64,000 bases of DNA from Candidatus Berkelbacteria bacterium (GTDB lineage Bacteria > Patescibacteriota > UBA1384 > DTJR01): assembly GCA_029865605.1 (NCBI GenBank), contig JAOUGE010000004.1, positions 2,562 through 66,561 on the forward strand, written 5' to 3'. Positions 19,281 through 29,763 of this stretch are shown piece after piece (the stretch's first letter is position 1; the number at the start of each line of letters is the position of its first letter). The notes beneath the pieces are model-generated. The model searched no databases. It worked only from the letters and a program-made list of their open reading frames with translations, and had not been told where the DNA came from. The position numbers and the translations under genes were made by a program.

Positions 19281-20986
19281 GTATCAATCAAACCTGCAAA
19301 CAGTGTCAAAAGGAATTCTCGGTCGACAATGAAGAATTAGCCTTGCTAGATAAACTTTCTCCAACTGTTGGCGGACAAAAGCTAGATATTCCTGTACCAA
19401 CACACTGTTTTAGCTGTAGGGCAAAAAGACGTTTAGGCTGGCGAAATGAAAGGTCGCTTTACAATCGCAAATGTGACAAATCCGGTAAAGAGATTGTTTC
19501 AGTGTATCCGCCCGATTCGGAGTATAAAGTCTTTGAACAAAAGGAGTGGTGGGGCGATGGATGGGATGCCAAGGATTATGGGCAGGACTTCGATTTTACA
19601 AAATCCTTTTTTGAGCAGTTTGCAGAACTAAATAAAAAAGTCCCTAAATGTGCACTCCTAAATAAAAATCCGGATAATAGTGATTACCTAAATCGCGCCG
19701 AAGATAATAAAGACAGTTATATGTCTTTTGACCTTGGATGGAACGAAAAAATTTTTTATTCAAGGACTATTTATAATTGCAACAATCTCATTGATTGTAC
19801 TTTTTGTAGAGATCATTGCTCTTTTTCTTACGAATGCCTGAATTGTAATTCTGTTGTTAGCTCTAGTTATTGCATTGATTCTTCCAAACTATCTGAATGC
19901 CATTTTTGTTTTAATTTGCATGGTTGCCAAAACTGTATATTTTGCGCCAACCTGCATAACAAACAATATTGTATTGAAAATAAACAGTACTCCAAAGAAG
20001 AATTCGAGCAAAAGCTGAAAGAATATGACTTTGGGTCTTATCAAAAAATTCAGGAATATAAAACTAGATTCGCCAATATTGTAAAAAGTTGTGTTCATAA
20101 ATATGCGAGTAATTTAAAATGTGAGAATTGTAGTGGGGATTATCTTGAAAATTGTAAGAATATTAAAATCAGTTTTGGGGTGAAGAATTCTGAAAATGGA
20201 AGATATATGTTCGATTCCGAAAGAGGTAAAGATACAATGGATGATTGCTTTTCTGGCGGTGAGGGAGCAGAACTAAATTATGAAGTGCTTGGAGCTGGCT
20301 GGCCATACAACACGAAGTTCAATAATTCGTCGTGGCACTGCTCAAATGTCATTTATATAAACTTTTGCCAACACTGCAAGGATTGCTTTGGATGTTCGAA
20401 CATGAAAAGAGCACAGTACTGCATCCTGAATAAGCAATATTCCAAAGAAGAATACGAGAAATTAATACCCAAGATCGTGGAACATATGAAAAAAACAGGC
20501 GAATGGGGCGAGTTTTTTCCACTTCAGATGTCTGAGTTTAGTTATAACGAATCTGTTGCAAACGAGTACTTTCCTCAATCCAAAGAAGAAGTTTTACAAA
20601 ACGGTTGGAAGTGGAAAGATAAAGTCGACAACCTGGTACCGTCATCCGGTTATGTAATTGCGGACAATATTAATGAGATAACAAATGAAATTTTAGAAAA
20701 GGTATTAGTTTGTGAAGTCACCAAAAGACCTTATAAAATTCAGTCCCGGGAGCTCGCATTTTATATCGAACAAAATATCCCAATTCCTCACAAGCATCCC
20801 GATCAACGTCACCACGAGCGGCTTTCATTGCGCAACGCACTAAAGCTCCATCACCGCCAATGTATGTGCGAGGAATCTGACCATGACCATTCCGGGCGCT
20901 GTCCCGTTGAGTTTGAAACTACTTATGCTCCAGATCGGCCGGAAAAAGTGTATTGTGAAAACTGTTATCAGAAGACGGTTATATAA
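19277..20986 (+). CDS. Cys-rich repeat / zinc-ribbon protein, paralog 5
   Basis: Family motifs. Confidence 0.9.
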   Translation: MSINQTCKQCQKEFSVDNEELALLDKLSPTVGGQKLDIPVPTHCFSCRAKRRLGWRNERSLYNRKCDKSGKEIVSVYPPDSEYKVFEQKEWWGDGWDAKDYGQDFDFTKSFFEQFAELNKKVPKCALLNKNPDNSDYLNRAEDNKDSYMSFDLGWNEKIFYSRTIYNCNNLIDCTFCRDHCSFSYECLNCNSVVSSSYCIDSSKLSECHFCFNLHGCQNCIFCANLHNKQYCIENKQYSKEEFEQKLKEYDFGSYQKIQEYKTRFANIVKSCVHKYASNLKCENCSGDYLENCKNIKISFGVKNSENGRYMFDSERGKDTMDDCFSGGEGAELNYEVLGAGWPYNTKFNNSSWHCSNVIYINFCQHCKDCFGCSNMKRAQYCILNKQYSKEEYEKLIPKIVEHMKKTGEWGEFFPLQMSEFSYNESVANEYFPQSKEEVLQNGWKWKDKVDNLVPSSGYVIADNINEITNEILEKVLVCEVTKRPYKIQSRELAFYIEQNIPIPHKHPDQRHHERLSLRNALKLHHRQCMCEESDHDHSGRCPVEFETTYAPDRPEKVYCENCYQKTVI

Positions 20987-21020
20987 AAGATAAAAATTAA
21001 TCTTTAATTTAGGAGATAAT

Positions 21021-21308
21021 ATGGCAGATGAAAAACCCACCGAAAGCAGAAAACAGAGATTGGCCCGGGAGCTGAAGGCGGAAACAACTAAGACCTTTGC
21101 TACACTTCTGACTTCGGCTTTTGGCCTAATTGCCGCCTTTGCCTGGAATGACTTTGTCAGGGGGACAATAAACCGCTACATTGCGCCGGGTCAGGGGCTT
21201 AAATCCCAGCTGCTTTACGCTATTTTGGTAACGCTTTTGGCGATAGTTGTGTCTTTCCAATTAGGCAAACTGGCCGCACGCTACAAAGCGGACGACGAAA
21301 GTAAATAA
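21021..21308 (+). CDS. DUF5654-like two-TM protein
   Basis: TSAFGLIAAFAWND motif; SD AGGAG. Confidence 0.7.
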   Translation: MADEKPTESRKQRLARELKAETTKTFATLLTSAFGLIAAFAWNDFVRGTINRYIAPGQGLKSQLLYAILVTLLAIVVSFQLGKLAARYKADDESK

Positions 21309-21351
21309 TTGTACTAATTAGTTATGTTATAATGTATTAAAAGAAGAGCCT

Positions 21352-22539
21352 ATGGAATCTCAATCTAGTCGAGCCTTAATTATTTTTCTCGTTGTATTAA
21401 GCTTCCTAGCCGGCATATTAGGAGGAATTGGCGGGATTGCTTTAGTTTCCTCGTCCGAGACATTGCAAAGAGGTCTCGGCATCTCCGAAAGCGGGGTTAA
21501 GCTGCCCGCACCGGAGAGAATAGAAAATATTACAGTTAAGGAAGACTCGGCAGTAATAAGCGCGGTTAGAAAAGTATCTCCCTCGGTCGTAAGCGTTGTC
21601 TTCACTAAGGATGTCAAGGTAATTAACCCTTTTAGCTTTTTCGGGGAAGGGGAATCTATCCAGCGTGAACAGGGTAGTGCTACGGGCTTTATCATCACCT
21701 CGGAAGGTCTAATCGCCACCAACAAACATGTGGCAAGCGTGGAAGGCGCTGATTATCAAGTGATTACCCCGGATGGCAAGCAATACAAGGCGGAGGTAGC
21801 TTCTTTAGACCCCTCGACCGATTTTGCAATTCTTAAAATCGATGCTAAGGGTTTGCCGGTGGTTGAGTTTGGCGACTCCGATAACGTCGAGGTAGGCCAG
21901 AGAGTGGTGGCAATCGGCAATGCTCTAGGTGAGTTTCAGAACACGGTTACCGTCGGTGTTCTTTCCGGCAAGGAAAGAACACTTGAGGCAGCCACTGCTA
22001 CTGGCGAATCGGCTTCGACCCTGGAAGGTCTTCTTCAAACTGATGCGGCAATCAATGAAGGAAATTCCGGCGGGCCGCTAATTAATTTAAAGGGGCAGGT
22101 GATTGGCATTAACACCGCAACCGCCGCTAAGGGCCAAGCGGAAGGACTTGGTTTTTCGATTCCCGTTAATTCGATTAAGACTGCCATTGAATCATATAAA
22201 AAGTACGACAAGATTGTCAGGCCTTACTTGGGAGTTCGATACGCTATGGTCGACCAGAAAATTGCTGCATTACGGGGCTTGAAAGAGGAGAAAGGAGCTT
22301 TGGTTTATGGCGACTCAAGCCGAGGTCTGGACGCGGTGGTTAAAGGTTCGCCGGCTGAGAAAGCGGGTATAAAAGAAGGCGACGTAATCTTGAAAATTAA
22401 TAATGATGAGGTCAAGGCCGGAAGTTCCTTGGCGCGACTTTTGAGCAAATATCAGCCGGGCGATGAGGTTACAATAAAAATTTTGCGTGACGGTAAAGAA
22501 CAAGATGCAAAAGTGAAACTTGGGGAAATGCCAAGCTAG
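21352..22539 (+). CDS. htrA: HtrA/DegP-family serine protease with PDZ domain
   Basis: TNKHV, D, QTDAAINEGNSGGPL; C-terminal PDZ. Confidence 0.93.
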   Translation: MESQSSRALIIFLVVLSFLAGILGGIGGIALVSSSETLQRGLGISESGVKLPAPERIENITVKEDSAVISAVRKVSPSVVSVVFTKDVKVINPFSFFGEGESIQREQGSATGFIITSEGLIATNKHVASVEGADYQVITPDGKQYKAEVASLDPSTDFAILKIDAKGLPVVEFGDSDNVEVGQRVVAIGNALGEFQNTVTVGVLSGKERTLEAATATGESASTLEGLLQTDAAINEGNSGGPLINLKGQVIGINTATAAKGQAEGLGFSIPVNSIKTAIESYKKYDKIVRPYLGVRYAMVDQKIAALRGLKEEKGALVYGDSSRGLDAVVKGSPAEKAGIKEGDVILKINNDEVKAGSSLARLLSKYQPGDEVTIKILRDGKEQDAKVKLGEMPS

Positions 22540-22590
22540 CTTTGCTAGCTAAGTAAGAAGTAAAGAGTAAAATTCTAAAAATTCGAGGTG

Positions 22591-22628
22591 ATGCCGTCCC
22601 GACCGCTGTTGGCGTGTCGGGACGGCAT
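22591..22628. terminator. 13-bp stem hairpin between convergent units
   Basis: ATGCCGTCCCGAC...GTCGGGACGGCAT. Confidence 0.6.
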
Positions 22629-22639
22629 TGGGCAGAGGG

Positions 22640-22804
22640 TCAGGGCCCCCGCAGACAACCGAGGCAGACCGGTTGTCCGCTGGGATCGTTGGTCAGAAAT
22701 GTATCCCGTCCGTGGATCCCTTGGGGACACCGACCGCGGAAGACGAGGGCGCGACGATGGGGCTCTGGGAGCCAGCCTAACAGCTGCCGCAACAGCTTTA
22801 TCAT
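22640..22804 (-). CDS. 54-aa putative zinc-finger orphan (not in ORF track)
   Basis: SD GAGGTG, then MIKLLRQLLGWLPEPHRRALVFRGRCPQGIHGRDTFLTNDPSGQPVCLGCLRGP; C-x4-H plus CxxC. Confidence 0.6.
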   Translation of the reverse strand: MIKLLRQLLGWLPEPHRRALVFRGRCPQGIHGRDTFLTNDPSGQPVCLGCLRGP

Positions 22805-22809
22805 CGCAA

Positions 22810-23682
22810 TCACCTCTTATTTTCGAGCATAGCAAATCTAGTACGGTTATTTAAGTCGTTTCGGAAAATAGTTTTGAGTTGATATTTTTTTGTATATTCT
22901 CCAATTTCTGTTTTTTGACGCGGATCGATTTCGAGGATGGCCAGGCCGTTTTTTGCAAGACGGTTAGGCAAATCGCGAATTAGTTTTTCTATTAAATCGA
23001 GCCCATCTTTTCCGCCGTTAAGCGCGATTTTCGGTTCGTTGTAAATTGAATTTTCAGGGATAATATCAGCACTTGGCAAATAGGGGAGATTAGCCAGAAC
23101 CAGATCAAATTTTTGAGGCAGTTTTGGATTGTCCAAAAGATCGCTTTTTAAAAAAATGATTTTTGTTTTATGAATTTTAGAGTTTTTTCGGGCAACGGAA
23201 AGCGCTTTTTCACTAATATCAGTGGCATAGAGTTGAATTGTGAATTGTGAATTGCGAATCATGAATTTTCTTGATTCCTTATATAGAGAGACGGCAAGGC
23301 AACCTGTGCCTGTACCCACATCGATGATTGTTATTTTTTTATTCCTAATTCCTAATTCCAAATTCTTAATTCTGTCGTGCAGGAAGCTTAAGGCTTTTTG
23401 CACGAGCAGCTCCGTCTCGATTCGGGGGATAAGAACATCCTTATTTACAATAAATTCACGGCCGTAAAACCAGCTCTTTCCAACCGCGTACTGGTAGGGG
23501 AGTCCCCGCTCGACAATCGCCTTTTCCGCTTTTTTGAATTTTTTGCAAACGGCAGGGGAGATGGCCAAGTTTTTTTTGCGCAAGAATAACTGCTCTGACG
23601 AAATTTTAAGCAAATCCCCCGCTATCTTTTCTGAAATTTTTCGGTTGAGGATAGAGTCTTGCAGAAGATCTATCAGTTTCAT
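22810..23682 (-). CDS. prmC: Release factor glutamine methyltransferase
   Basis: [29 protein letters not shown]; coupled to prfA. Confidence 0.92.
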   Translation of the reverse strand: MKLIDLLQDSILNRKISEKIAGDLLKISSEQLFLRKKNLAISPAVCKKFKKAEKAIVERGLPYQYAVGKSWFYGREFIVNKDVLIPRIETELLVQKALSFLHDRIKNLELGIRNKKITIIDVGTGTGCLAVSLYKESRKFMIRNSQFTIQLYATDISEKALSVARKNSKIHKTKIIFLKSDLLDNPKLPQKFDLVLANLPYLPSADIIPENSIYNEPKIALNGGKDGLDLIEKLIRDLPNRLAKNGLAILEIDPRQKTEIGEYTKKYQLKTIFRNDLNNRTRFAMLENKR

Positions 23683-24572
23683 GAGGGCGAAACGAAGCTT
23701 TCTAATTTCTTTCTTCTTTCAAAATCGGCAAGTTCATTTATCACTTTATCTAAGTCTCCGTCGAGTATTGTTTTCATATTGTTCCAAGATTTTGGAATTC
23801 GATGGTCGGTGATGCGGTCTTGTGGGTAATTGTACGTTCGTATTTTTTCGCTTCTGTCCCCTGTTCCTATCATCAAAAGCCGCGCTTCACGACCCTCTTT
23901 TCGCTTTTTTTCTTCTTCAATTTGCCATAACCTCGCGCGCAAAACACCGAGTGCTTTCTCGCGGTTTTTAAGCTGCGACCTTTCGTCTTGGGATGTGGTA
24001 ACCATTCCGGTCGGCAGGTGAGTAATGCGCACTGCCGAATCGGTTGTATTGACTGATTGGCCGCCATGTCCGGACGAGCGGAAAACATCAACTCTTATAT
24101 CTTCCGGCCGGATTTCGATTTCTCTTTCCTCTACTTCGGGCAGAACGGCAACGGTTGCGGCCGAAGTATGGAGCCGCCCCGATTTTTCGGTTTTAGGGAC
24201 TCTTTGGACTCGATGAACGCCGCCTTCGTATTTCAATTTTCCATAAGCGCCGAGCTCTGCGATAGAAATAATAGCTTCCTTAATTCCCCCAAGCGGAGTC
24301 TCGCTTTTTGAAATGATTGCCGCATTCAGATTTTGTTTCTCGCAAAACATCAAGTACATCCGGAGTAATTCTCCGGCAAAAAGTTCTGCCTCGTCCCCCC
24401 CTGTCCCGGAGCGAATTTCTACGATCGCGTTCTTTTCGTCGATTGGGTCGCTCTTGACAATCTCCTCTTCCACTTCGCGAATTTCCTCTTTGATTAACTC
24501 TTTAAAATCAGCATCGTCTGATGTTGCAAGCAGGTTTTTTAGTTCTTCGAGTTTATTAATTTTCTCTTCCAT
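23679..24572 (-). CDS. prfA: Peptide chain release factor 1 (short N-terminus)
   Basis: [17 protein letters not shown] (PxT), [15 protein letters not shown]. Start placed at MEEKINK. Confidence 0.93.
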   Translation of the reverse strand: MEEKINKLEELKNLLATSDDADFKELIKEEIREVEEEIVKSDPIDEKNAIVEIRSGTGGDEAELFAGELLRMYLMFCEKQNLNAAIISKSETPLGGIKEAIISIAELGAYGKLKYEGGVHRVQRVPKTEKSGRLHTSAATVAVLPEVEEREIEIRPEDIRVDVFRSSGHGGQSVNTTDSAVRITHLPTGMVTTSQDERSQLKNREKALGVLRARLWQIEEEKKRKEGREARLLMIGTGDRSEKIRTYNYPQDRITDHRIPKSWNNMKTILDGDLDKVINELADFERRKKLESFVSPS

Positions 24573-24650
24573 ATTATTAGTATCACGTATCATCTGTTTT
24601 GTATCAAGTATCTCAAACAAAAGATACATATACCGGATATTTGCTTATAT

Positions 24651-24965
24651 TTAGGAGTTCTTATCTTGCGCTTTGGCCGGTTTTTCTTTGGGCTCTCGGT
24701 CCTTCCCTTCAACAGCGATCTTCTTAGCCGCTTTTCTTTTTGAGGCTTCCGCCTTTATCTTCTCTGATTTTTCAAGTCGGGCTTTGAAGCGGTCGAGCCT
24801 TCCGGCGGTATCAACGAATTTCTTTTCGCCGGTATAGGCAGGGTGGCACTGCGAGCAGATTTCGACTTTAAGAGTTGGCACGGTTGCGCCAATCTCAAAA
24901 CTTGCGCCGCAGGCACAGGTAACTTTTGCTTTGTCGTAATATTTTGGGTGAATATCTTTTTTCAC
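24651..24965 (-). CDS. rpmE: 50S ribosomal protein L31 (zinc type)
   Basis: [22 protein letters not shown]. Confidence 0.95.
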   Translation of the reverse strand: MKKDIHPKYYDKAKVTCACGASFEIGATVPTLKVEICSQCHPAYTGEKKFVDTAGRLDRFKARLEKSEKIKAEASKRKAAKKIAVEGKDREPKEKPAKAQDKNS

Positions 24966-25015
24966 GAGATAAATGCTAACAGATAGTTTTCAAATTTTCA
25001 ACTCTTAAGATGCGA

Positions 25016-25046
25016 CGGCCCCGACAAGTTGACGCTGTCGGGGCCG
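25016..25046 (-). terminator. 11-bp hairpin after the orphan gene
   Basis: CGGCCCCGACA...TGTCGGGGCCG. Confidence 0.55.
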
Positions 25047-25070
25047 GTAGGCGGACGTGGTGGGTTGCTT

Positions 25071-25283
25071 CTAGTCGAAGATGGTGATTGCGAAGCTACC
25101 CACTGTTAGTCCTAGCAGGAGGGAGACGAAGCCGGCACCGAGGAGGGTTGCGCCGAAAGCGACATTCGCTAAAGATGCGGTGTCAATCGGCTCCTTTTTC
25201 TTCTGCTCGGTGCGGAGGATGCGAAACCCTACCGATGATGCGGCAAGGCCGAGCAAGATTGTCAGCACCGTGGCTCCAAGCAT
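25071..25283 (-). CDS. 70-aa two-TM orphan peptide
   Basis: SD GGAGG before ATG 25283; own consensus promoter. Confidence 0.65.
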   Translation of the reverse strand: MLGATVLTILLGLAASSVGFRILRTEQKKKEPIDTASLANVAFGATLLGAGFVSLLLGLTVGSFAITIFD

Positions 25284-25386
25284 AGTTCTCTTCTCCTCCC
25301 ACCCTGGGTGAGCGGCGTTATCGTTGTCGGATGAACGTCGTCCGCCCGAGCGGGAGGAATGTTTCAAGTTGCGGATTATCCTAGAG

Positions 25387-25415
25387 ATTATAGAATTAGA
25401 TTATATGAATGTCAA
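25387..25415 (-). promoter_or_regulatory. Consensus sigma70 promoter
   Basis: TTGACA-17 nt-TATAAT, overlapping the start of the divergent gene. Confidence 0.75.
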
Positions 25416-27147
25416 GGTAAAAAAGGCGATTTGGGCTGTTTTTTTGGTTTTAGTTACTGTGCTAATTGGATTGGCCTTCATTATCGTTCGAACCGGCTTT
25501 TTGTCTGATAAACCCGCAGTTTCTGAAAAAATAGGACTACCCACCAGCGAAAAAATATCAACCATCGTTGTTCCCCACTTTAATACTTTCCAAACCGAGC
25601 GGCGGGATTTTTTAAAGAAAATATCTGGCGAAGTTAGCCCCAAGAAAATCGTGGTTGTTTCTGTCAATCACTATGGATTGGGCGAGAAAGACTTCTTGAC
25701 GACTCAAAAATCATGGGATTTTTCAGTTGTCGACCCCAAAATTAATACTGAACTTTTTGATTCCTTAATTAAGTCAGGGCAAGTTGGCGCTGACGAAACC
25801 GTTTTTGAAAATGAGCACGGTATTAAAAATGTCCTTCCCGATTTAGCCGAATATTTTCCCGAATCTAGCTTCCTGCCGGTGATTGTTAAAGAAACCGCGT
25901 TGAGGGAAAAAACAAAAGAATTTTCCGGTTTGCTCTACAGTGAGTGCCCCGACTGTCTCTTGGTCAGCTCGATTGATTTTTCCCACTATAATCCGAACTC
26001 CTTAGCTCAAATTCATGACGTTATGTCACTCTCTGCCCTTAATAGCTTAGATGAAGAAAAAGCTTGGACAGCTGAAACGGACTCCCCCCAAGCGCTTCTA
26101 CTGACACTGCTCTGGGCGGGCAAGCGCAACACCCAAAAATTTAATCTTGAATTGAATTCCAATACGGGCGAGAAGGCGAAAAATGACGATATTGAAACAA
26201 CCAGTGTGATTCTGGGCTATTTTTCCTCCGGTGAAAAATCTCAATTTGGGAAAAAGACGACTTTCGTTATCGCCGGCGATGCGATGTTTGACCGATTTGT
26301 TTATCATAGCTTCAAAAGCAAAGGCCTCGAAGATATTTTTAAAAAATTTGGACCGAGAGTTTTTGCCGGCGCTGATTTGGCTCTTGTTAATCTTGAAGGC
26401 CCGATATCAAGCGGGCCAATAATCGATGACATCTCGCCGGATAATTTAATCTTTAACTTCCCGAGCAAAACTCCCGACGCCCTTAAATTTGCCAAGATTA
26501 AGGCAGTTTCTTTAGCCAACAACCACACTCTAAACGCAGGTGCTCAAGGGTTCAGCACTACCCAAGATATTTTGAGAAACAATTCAATTTTATTTGCTGG
26601 TCACCAGAGCCAGATTGGCGAGCAAAGTGTTCTGCGAGTTGAGGCGGAAATTCCTTTGAGTATTATCACAGTCAACTCTTTGGAGGGCTCAAACGGGGTT
26701 GGGGGACTGGTAGAAAAAGAAAAATCAGCTGGGCGGTTTGTTTTGGTTTTCCCCCACTGGGGGAATGAATATCAGAAAGTTCACTCCCCTGCCCAGCAAA
26801 AATTGGCTCGAAGTTGGATTGACTCCGGCGCCGACTTTATAGTTGGCTCACATCCTCACGTGGTTCAGGATTTTGAAATATACAAAAGCCGCCCGATCGT
26901 TTATTCTCTCGGCAATTTTGTTTTTGACCAAGGGTTTTCAAGAGAAACTCAAGAGGGGCTGATTTTAGCAGGGATAATCTCCGATAAAGAATTGCAGCTG
27001 ACTTTTTTACCGACCGAAGAGATTAGTATCAGGCCGCAATTACAGCAGGGAGATAAAAAAACAAAAAACATCGCCGAAATACTCGATATCAATTCCCAAA
27101 ATGGATTTGCGAAACTAAGTAGTGATACAATTAAAATAAATAGATAA
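25405..27147 (+). CDS. Memo/AmmeMemoRadiSam-B-like domain fused to CapA (PGA_cap) metallophosphatase domain
   Basis: VVPH, SVNHY, EHGI, SIDFSHY; then GDAMFDR, NLEGP, LANNH, HWGNEY, GSHPHVVQ, YSLGNFVFDQ. Confidence 0.85.
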   Translation: MNVKVKKAIWAVFLVLVTVLIGLAFIIVRTGFLSDKPAVSEKIGLPTSEKISTIVVPHFNTFQTERRDFLKKISGEVSPKKIVVVSVNHYGLGEKDFLTTQKSWDFSVVDPKINTELFDSLIKSGQVGADETVFENEHGIKNVLPDLAEYFPESSFLPVIVKETALREKTKEFSGLLYSECPDCLLVSSIDFSHYNPNSLAQIHDVMSLSALNSLDEEKAWTAETDSPQALLLTLLWAGKRNTQKFNLELNSNTGEKAKNDDIETTSVILGYFSSGEKSQFGKKTTFVIAGDAMFDRFVYHSFKSKGLEDIFKKFGPRVFAGADLALVNLEGPISSGPIIDDISPDNLIFNFPSKTPDALKFAKIKAVSLANNHTLNAGAQGFSTTQDILRNNSILFAGHQSQIGEQSVLRVEAEIPLSIITVNSLEGSNGVGGLVEKEKSAGRFVLVFPHWGNEYQKVHSPAQQKLARSWIDSGADFIVGSHPHVVQDFEIYKSRPIVYSLGNFVFDQGFSRETQEGLILAGIISDKELQLTFLPTEEISIRPQLQQGDKKTKNIAEILDINSQNGFAKLSSDTIKINR

Positions 27148-27165
27148 ATATGAGGCGGAGGGGAT

Positions 27166-28848
27166 ATGGCCGAAGAATTTGTGGATGCGCGAAAAGAGAG
27201 CGGAGCTAAGAAAATAAGCCCTATCAAGATAACTATAATTGTTCTGGCTGTTATAGCTGTGGGAGCTTTAGGATTTATCGGCTACAGCTTCGCCAAATCA
27301 AAGTATGGCTGGGGCAAAAGTGATGCCTCGCCTACCCCAACCGTCTCGGCGGTTCCTTCGCCCTCACCGACTCCTTCGGTTGTGATGGTAGTTGACGAAG
27401 GCGTGGCTTGGATTAAGCCGCCGGAAAAGCTCGATGACCTGGGCCTTTTTAGCAAGAAAGAAGGCTTTGAAGGTATGGGTGAATACCAAAGCACAGATTA
27501 TTATAAGGTAGCGACGACTACGGAGGGCTCGGAAATTATCACTGCCGTAGTTAATGTTGCCGTTCCCGGCGTGGGAGAAGATATCCACCGTTTTGTCAAA
27601 AGAGGCGGCACTTACTATCGAATCGCTCAAAACAGTTTTAACGAAAACGGCGATATGTACAATTGGGGCGGTTTTCAGCAGGAACAAAACTACGTTCTCA
27701 AATCGCTTTTGAACGAGAAAGTGATAAGCCAGGGCAAAACCGATTTGACCCATTCATTTCTTGGCGGAATTGAAGCTGCCGAAGGGTTTAGCAGCGGTGG
27801 AAAACTTATGTCGACCAAGTGGGGCGAACTTAAGCTCGAGCTTGGCCAGAGCGTTGATGAATCCGATGGGCTTGCTAAAGTCGGCCGCTATTATATCGAG
27901 CTTAATGACTCGACCAAGGCTTATTATCAGCCGAGACCCTCGTTTGCCCGAGACGATAATACCTTTGCCTTGGATTGGATAAAAGACGGCAGCGGGAAGA
28001 ACTTTGAGATGATGAGGGTATCGGGTTGCGGCGGCGCTTTCGGGGCCTTTCCGGTTGTTGTAACTAAGAGTGCTTTGAACAACAAGGTTTTAGCTGGGAC
28101 GAAAGGGGATTCAAAATTCTACACCTTTGAGAACGTTGCCGATGATATTGTTAAATTCGGCTATAAAGTCTACGAGATGGACGGTTTAGGCGGCAAAGAT
28201 GACATTAGCACTTTCGCTTCCAATTTCGGTATCAATCTATGGGTGGATGATCTAAAGACAGACGTTATCTACTCAAACGTGAAATATCTGCCGCAGGTTG
28301 AATGCGCCAAGCCGGTTGTTTATCTCTATCCACAAAAAGAAATGCCGGTAAAGGTTTTAGTCGGGGCTAATATTTCGCAGTCGGATCCGCCTTATGGCGA
28401 GGGCTGGAATGTTGTTGCTAAACCGTCCGGTCAAATAATTTCGGCTGGCAAAGTTTACCCTTATCTATTCTGGGATGGTTTGGGTTTGGGGATGTATCCG
28501 GCCATAAAGTCGGGGGCGGTAGTTGAGAGCTCAAAAGTTAAATCAACGATTACCGGCCAGCTTAAGGAAATTGGTTTAAATCAGAAAGAAATTACTGATT
28601 TTCTCGAGTTCTGGATGCCGAAGATGCCCAGTAGTCCTTATGTTAGATTAACTTGGTTTACCAATGAAGAGCTTGCTGAGCTGGCGCCGCTTAAAGTTAC
28701 ACCAAAGCCGGATTCGGTTATCAGAGTTTTCCTTGACTTTGCCGCTCTTGATAAATCAGTTGCCTTGCCTCCCCAAGTTCTGCCTAAATATGAAAGGAAA
28801 GGTTTCACGGTTGTAGAGTGGGGAGGATTGCTGCGAAGCAGCAGATAA
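27166..28848 (+). CDS. Membrane-anchored hypothetical protein with C-terminal KPVxYLYP domain
   Basis: TM, Pro/Ser linker, KPVVYLYP...YPYLFWDG...FTVVEWGG. Confidence 0.75.
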   Translation: MAEEFVDARKESGAKKISPIKITIIVLAVIAVGALGFIGYSFAKSKYGWGKSDASPTPTVSAVPSPSPTPSVVMVVDEGVAWIKPPEKLDDLGLFSKKEGFEGMGEYQSTDYYKVATTTEGSEIITAVVNVAVPGVGEDIHRFVKRGGTYYRIAQNSFNENGDMYNWGGFQQEQNYVLKSLLNEKVISQGKTDLTHSFLGGIEAAEGFSSGGKLMSTKWGELKLELGQSVDESDGLAKVGRYYIELNDSTKAYYQPRPSFARDDNTFALDWIKDGSGKNFEMMRVSGCGGAFGAFPVVVTKSALNNKVLAGTKGDSKFYTFENVADDIVKFGYKVYEMDGLGGKDDISTFASNFGINLWVDDLKTDVIYSNVKYLPQVECAKPVVYLYPQKEMPVKVLVGANISQSDPPYGEGWNVVAKPSGQIISAGKVYPYLFWDGLGLGMYPAIKSGAVVESSKVKSTITGQLKEIGLNQKEITDFLEFWMPKMPSSPYVRLTWFTNEELAELAPLKVTPKPDSVIRVFLDFAALDKSVALPPQVLPKYERKGFTVVEWGGLLRSSR

Positions 28849-28925
28849 ATAAGCTTCGGCTCTTGCACTCGTGACAGATTTAGGGTAGGATTATTTCCGT
28901 CAACTACTAAATGTAGGATTTTTTA

Positions 28926-29759
28926 ATGTCAGTTACTATTCCAACAGTCAAAGAGTTATTCAAGGCCGGGGCACATTTTGGCCATCGAAAGGCCAGAACT
29001 GATGCACGCTCCCAGGAGTATATTTTTACTTACCGCAATAAAGTTGCGGTTATTGACCTTGAGAAAACTCGCGCCGGTCTAGAAAAAGCCTTGGACTTTC
29101 TAGTAAATCAGGCGAAGCAAGGGGCAACGATTTTATTTGTTGGCACTAAAGATCAGGCAAAAGATAAGGTAAAAGAGACCGCCGAAGCCCTAAAGCAGCC
29201 CTATATTGTTTCCCGCTGGCCGGGCGGGCTTTTGACTAATTATAACGAAGTAGCGAAAAGCGTTAAGAAAATGCTCAAGATCGAAAGTAATATTGCCGAA
29301 AACAAATATGAAAACTTAACCAAGAAAGAAAGATTGCTAATTGAGAGGGATTTGAGGAAAAAGCAGACAATTTTCGGCGGTCTTAGGTATCTTGAGCGAA
29401 AACCGGATGCTTTGATCGCAATCGACGCCAAAGAAGAGGAAATTGCTATTAGAGAAGCTAGGGCCTCTGGCATTGCTACTGTGGCCATATGCGATACCAA
29501 TTCAAACCCGAAAATAATTGATTATTGCATTCCGGCAAACGACGATTCCCAACAGGCGATCGAGATTATATTTGGCCTAATTAAGGATACGATTGAGAAA
29601 AACTTCAAACCGAAGGCGTCCGCTGAGGAAAATCTTGAGGGTCGTGTTGATCGGGCCATAAGCAAGAAGGAAGACGTGAAGAAAGAAACGATACCCGCGG
29701 CTAAAAGGGCGGTTGCTAGAAAAGTAACAATGAAGAAAGCAGTAACGGCCAAGAAATAA
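28926..29759 (+). CDS. rpsB: 30S ribosomal protein S2
   Basis: AGAHFGH, RWPGGLLTN, DTNSNP, IPANDD. Confidence 0.96.
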   Translation: MSVTIPTVKELFKAGAHFGHRKARTDARSQEYIFTYRNKVAVIDLEKTRAGLEKALDFLVNQAKQGATILFVGTKDQAKDKVKETAEALKQPYIVSRWPGGLLTNYNEVAKSVKKMLKIESNIAENKYENLTKKERLLIERDLRKKQTIFGGLRYLERKPDALIAIDAKEEEIAIREARASGIATVAICDTNSNPKIIDYCIPANDDSQQAIEIIFGLIKDTIEKNFKPKASAEENLEGRVDRAISKKEDVKKETIPAAKRAVARKVTMKKAVTAKK

Positions 29760-29763
29760 TCCT

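Noticed and set aside
22575-22854. Track ORFs of 72-88 aa in the htrA-prmC gap
   Set aside because: Arg/Pro-rich shadow frames. The SD-led 22640-22804 minus ORF with Cys/His motifs is preferred, though 22588-22854 cannot be fully excluded.
25324-25404. N-terminal extension of the Memo-CapA protein
   Set aside because: Overlaps the divergent promoter and leader; ATG 25405 directly precedes the signal/TM segment.
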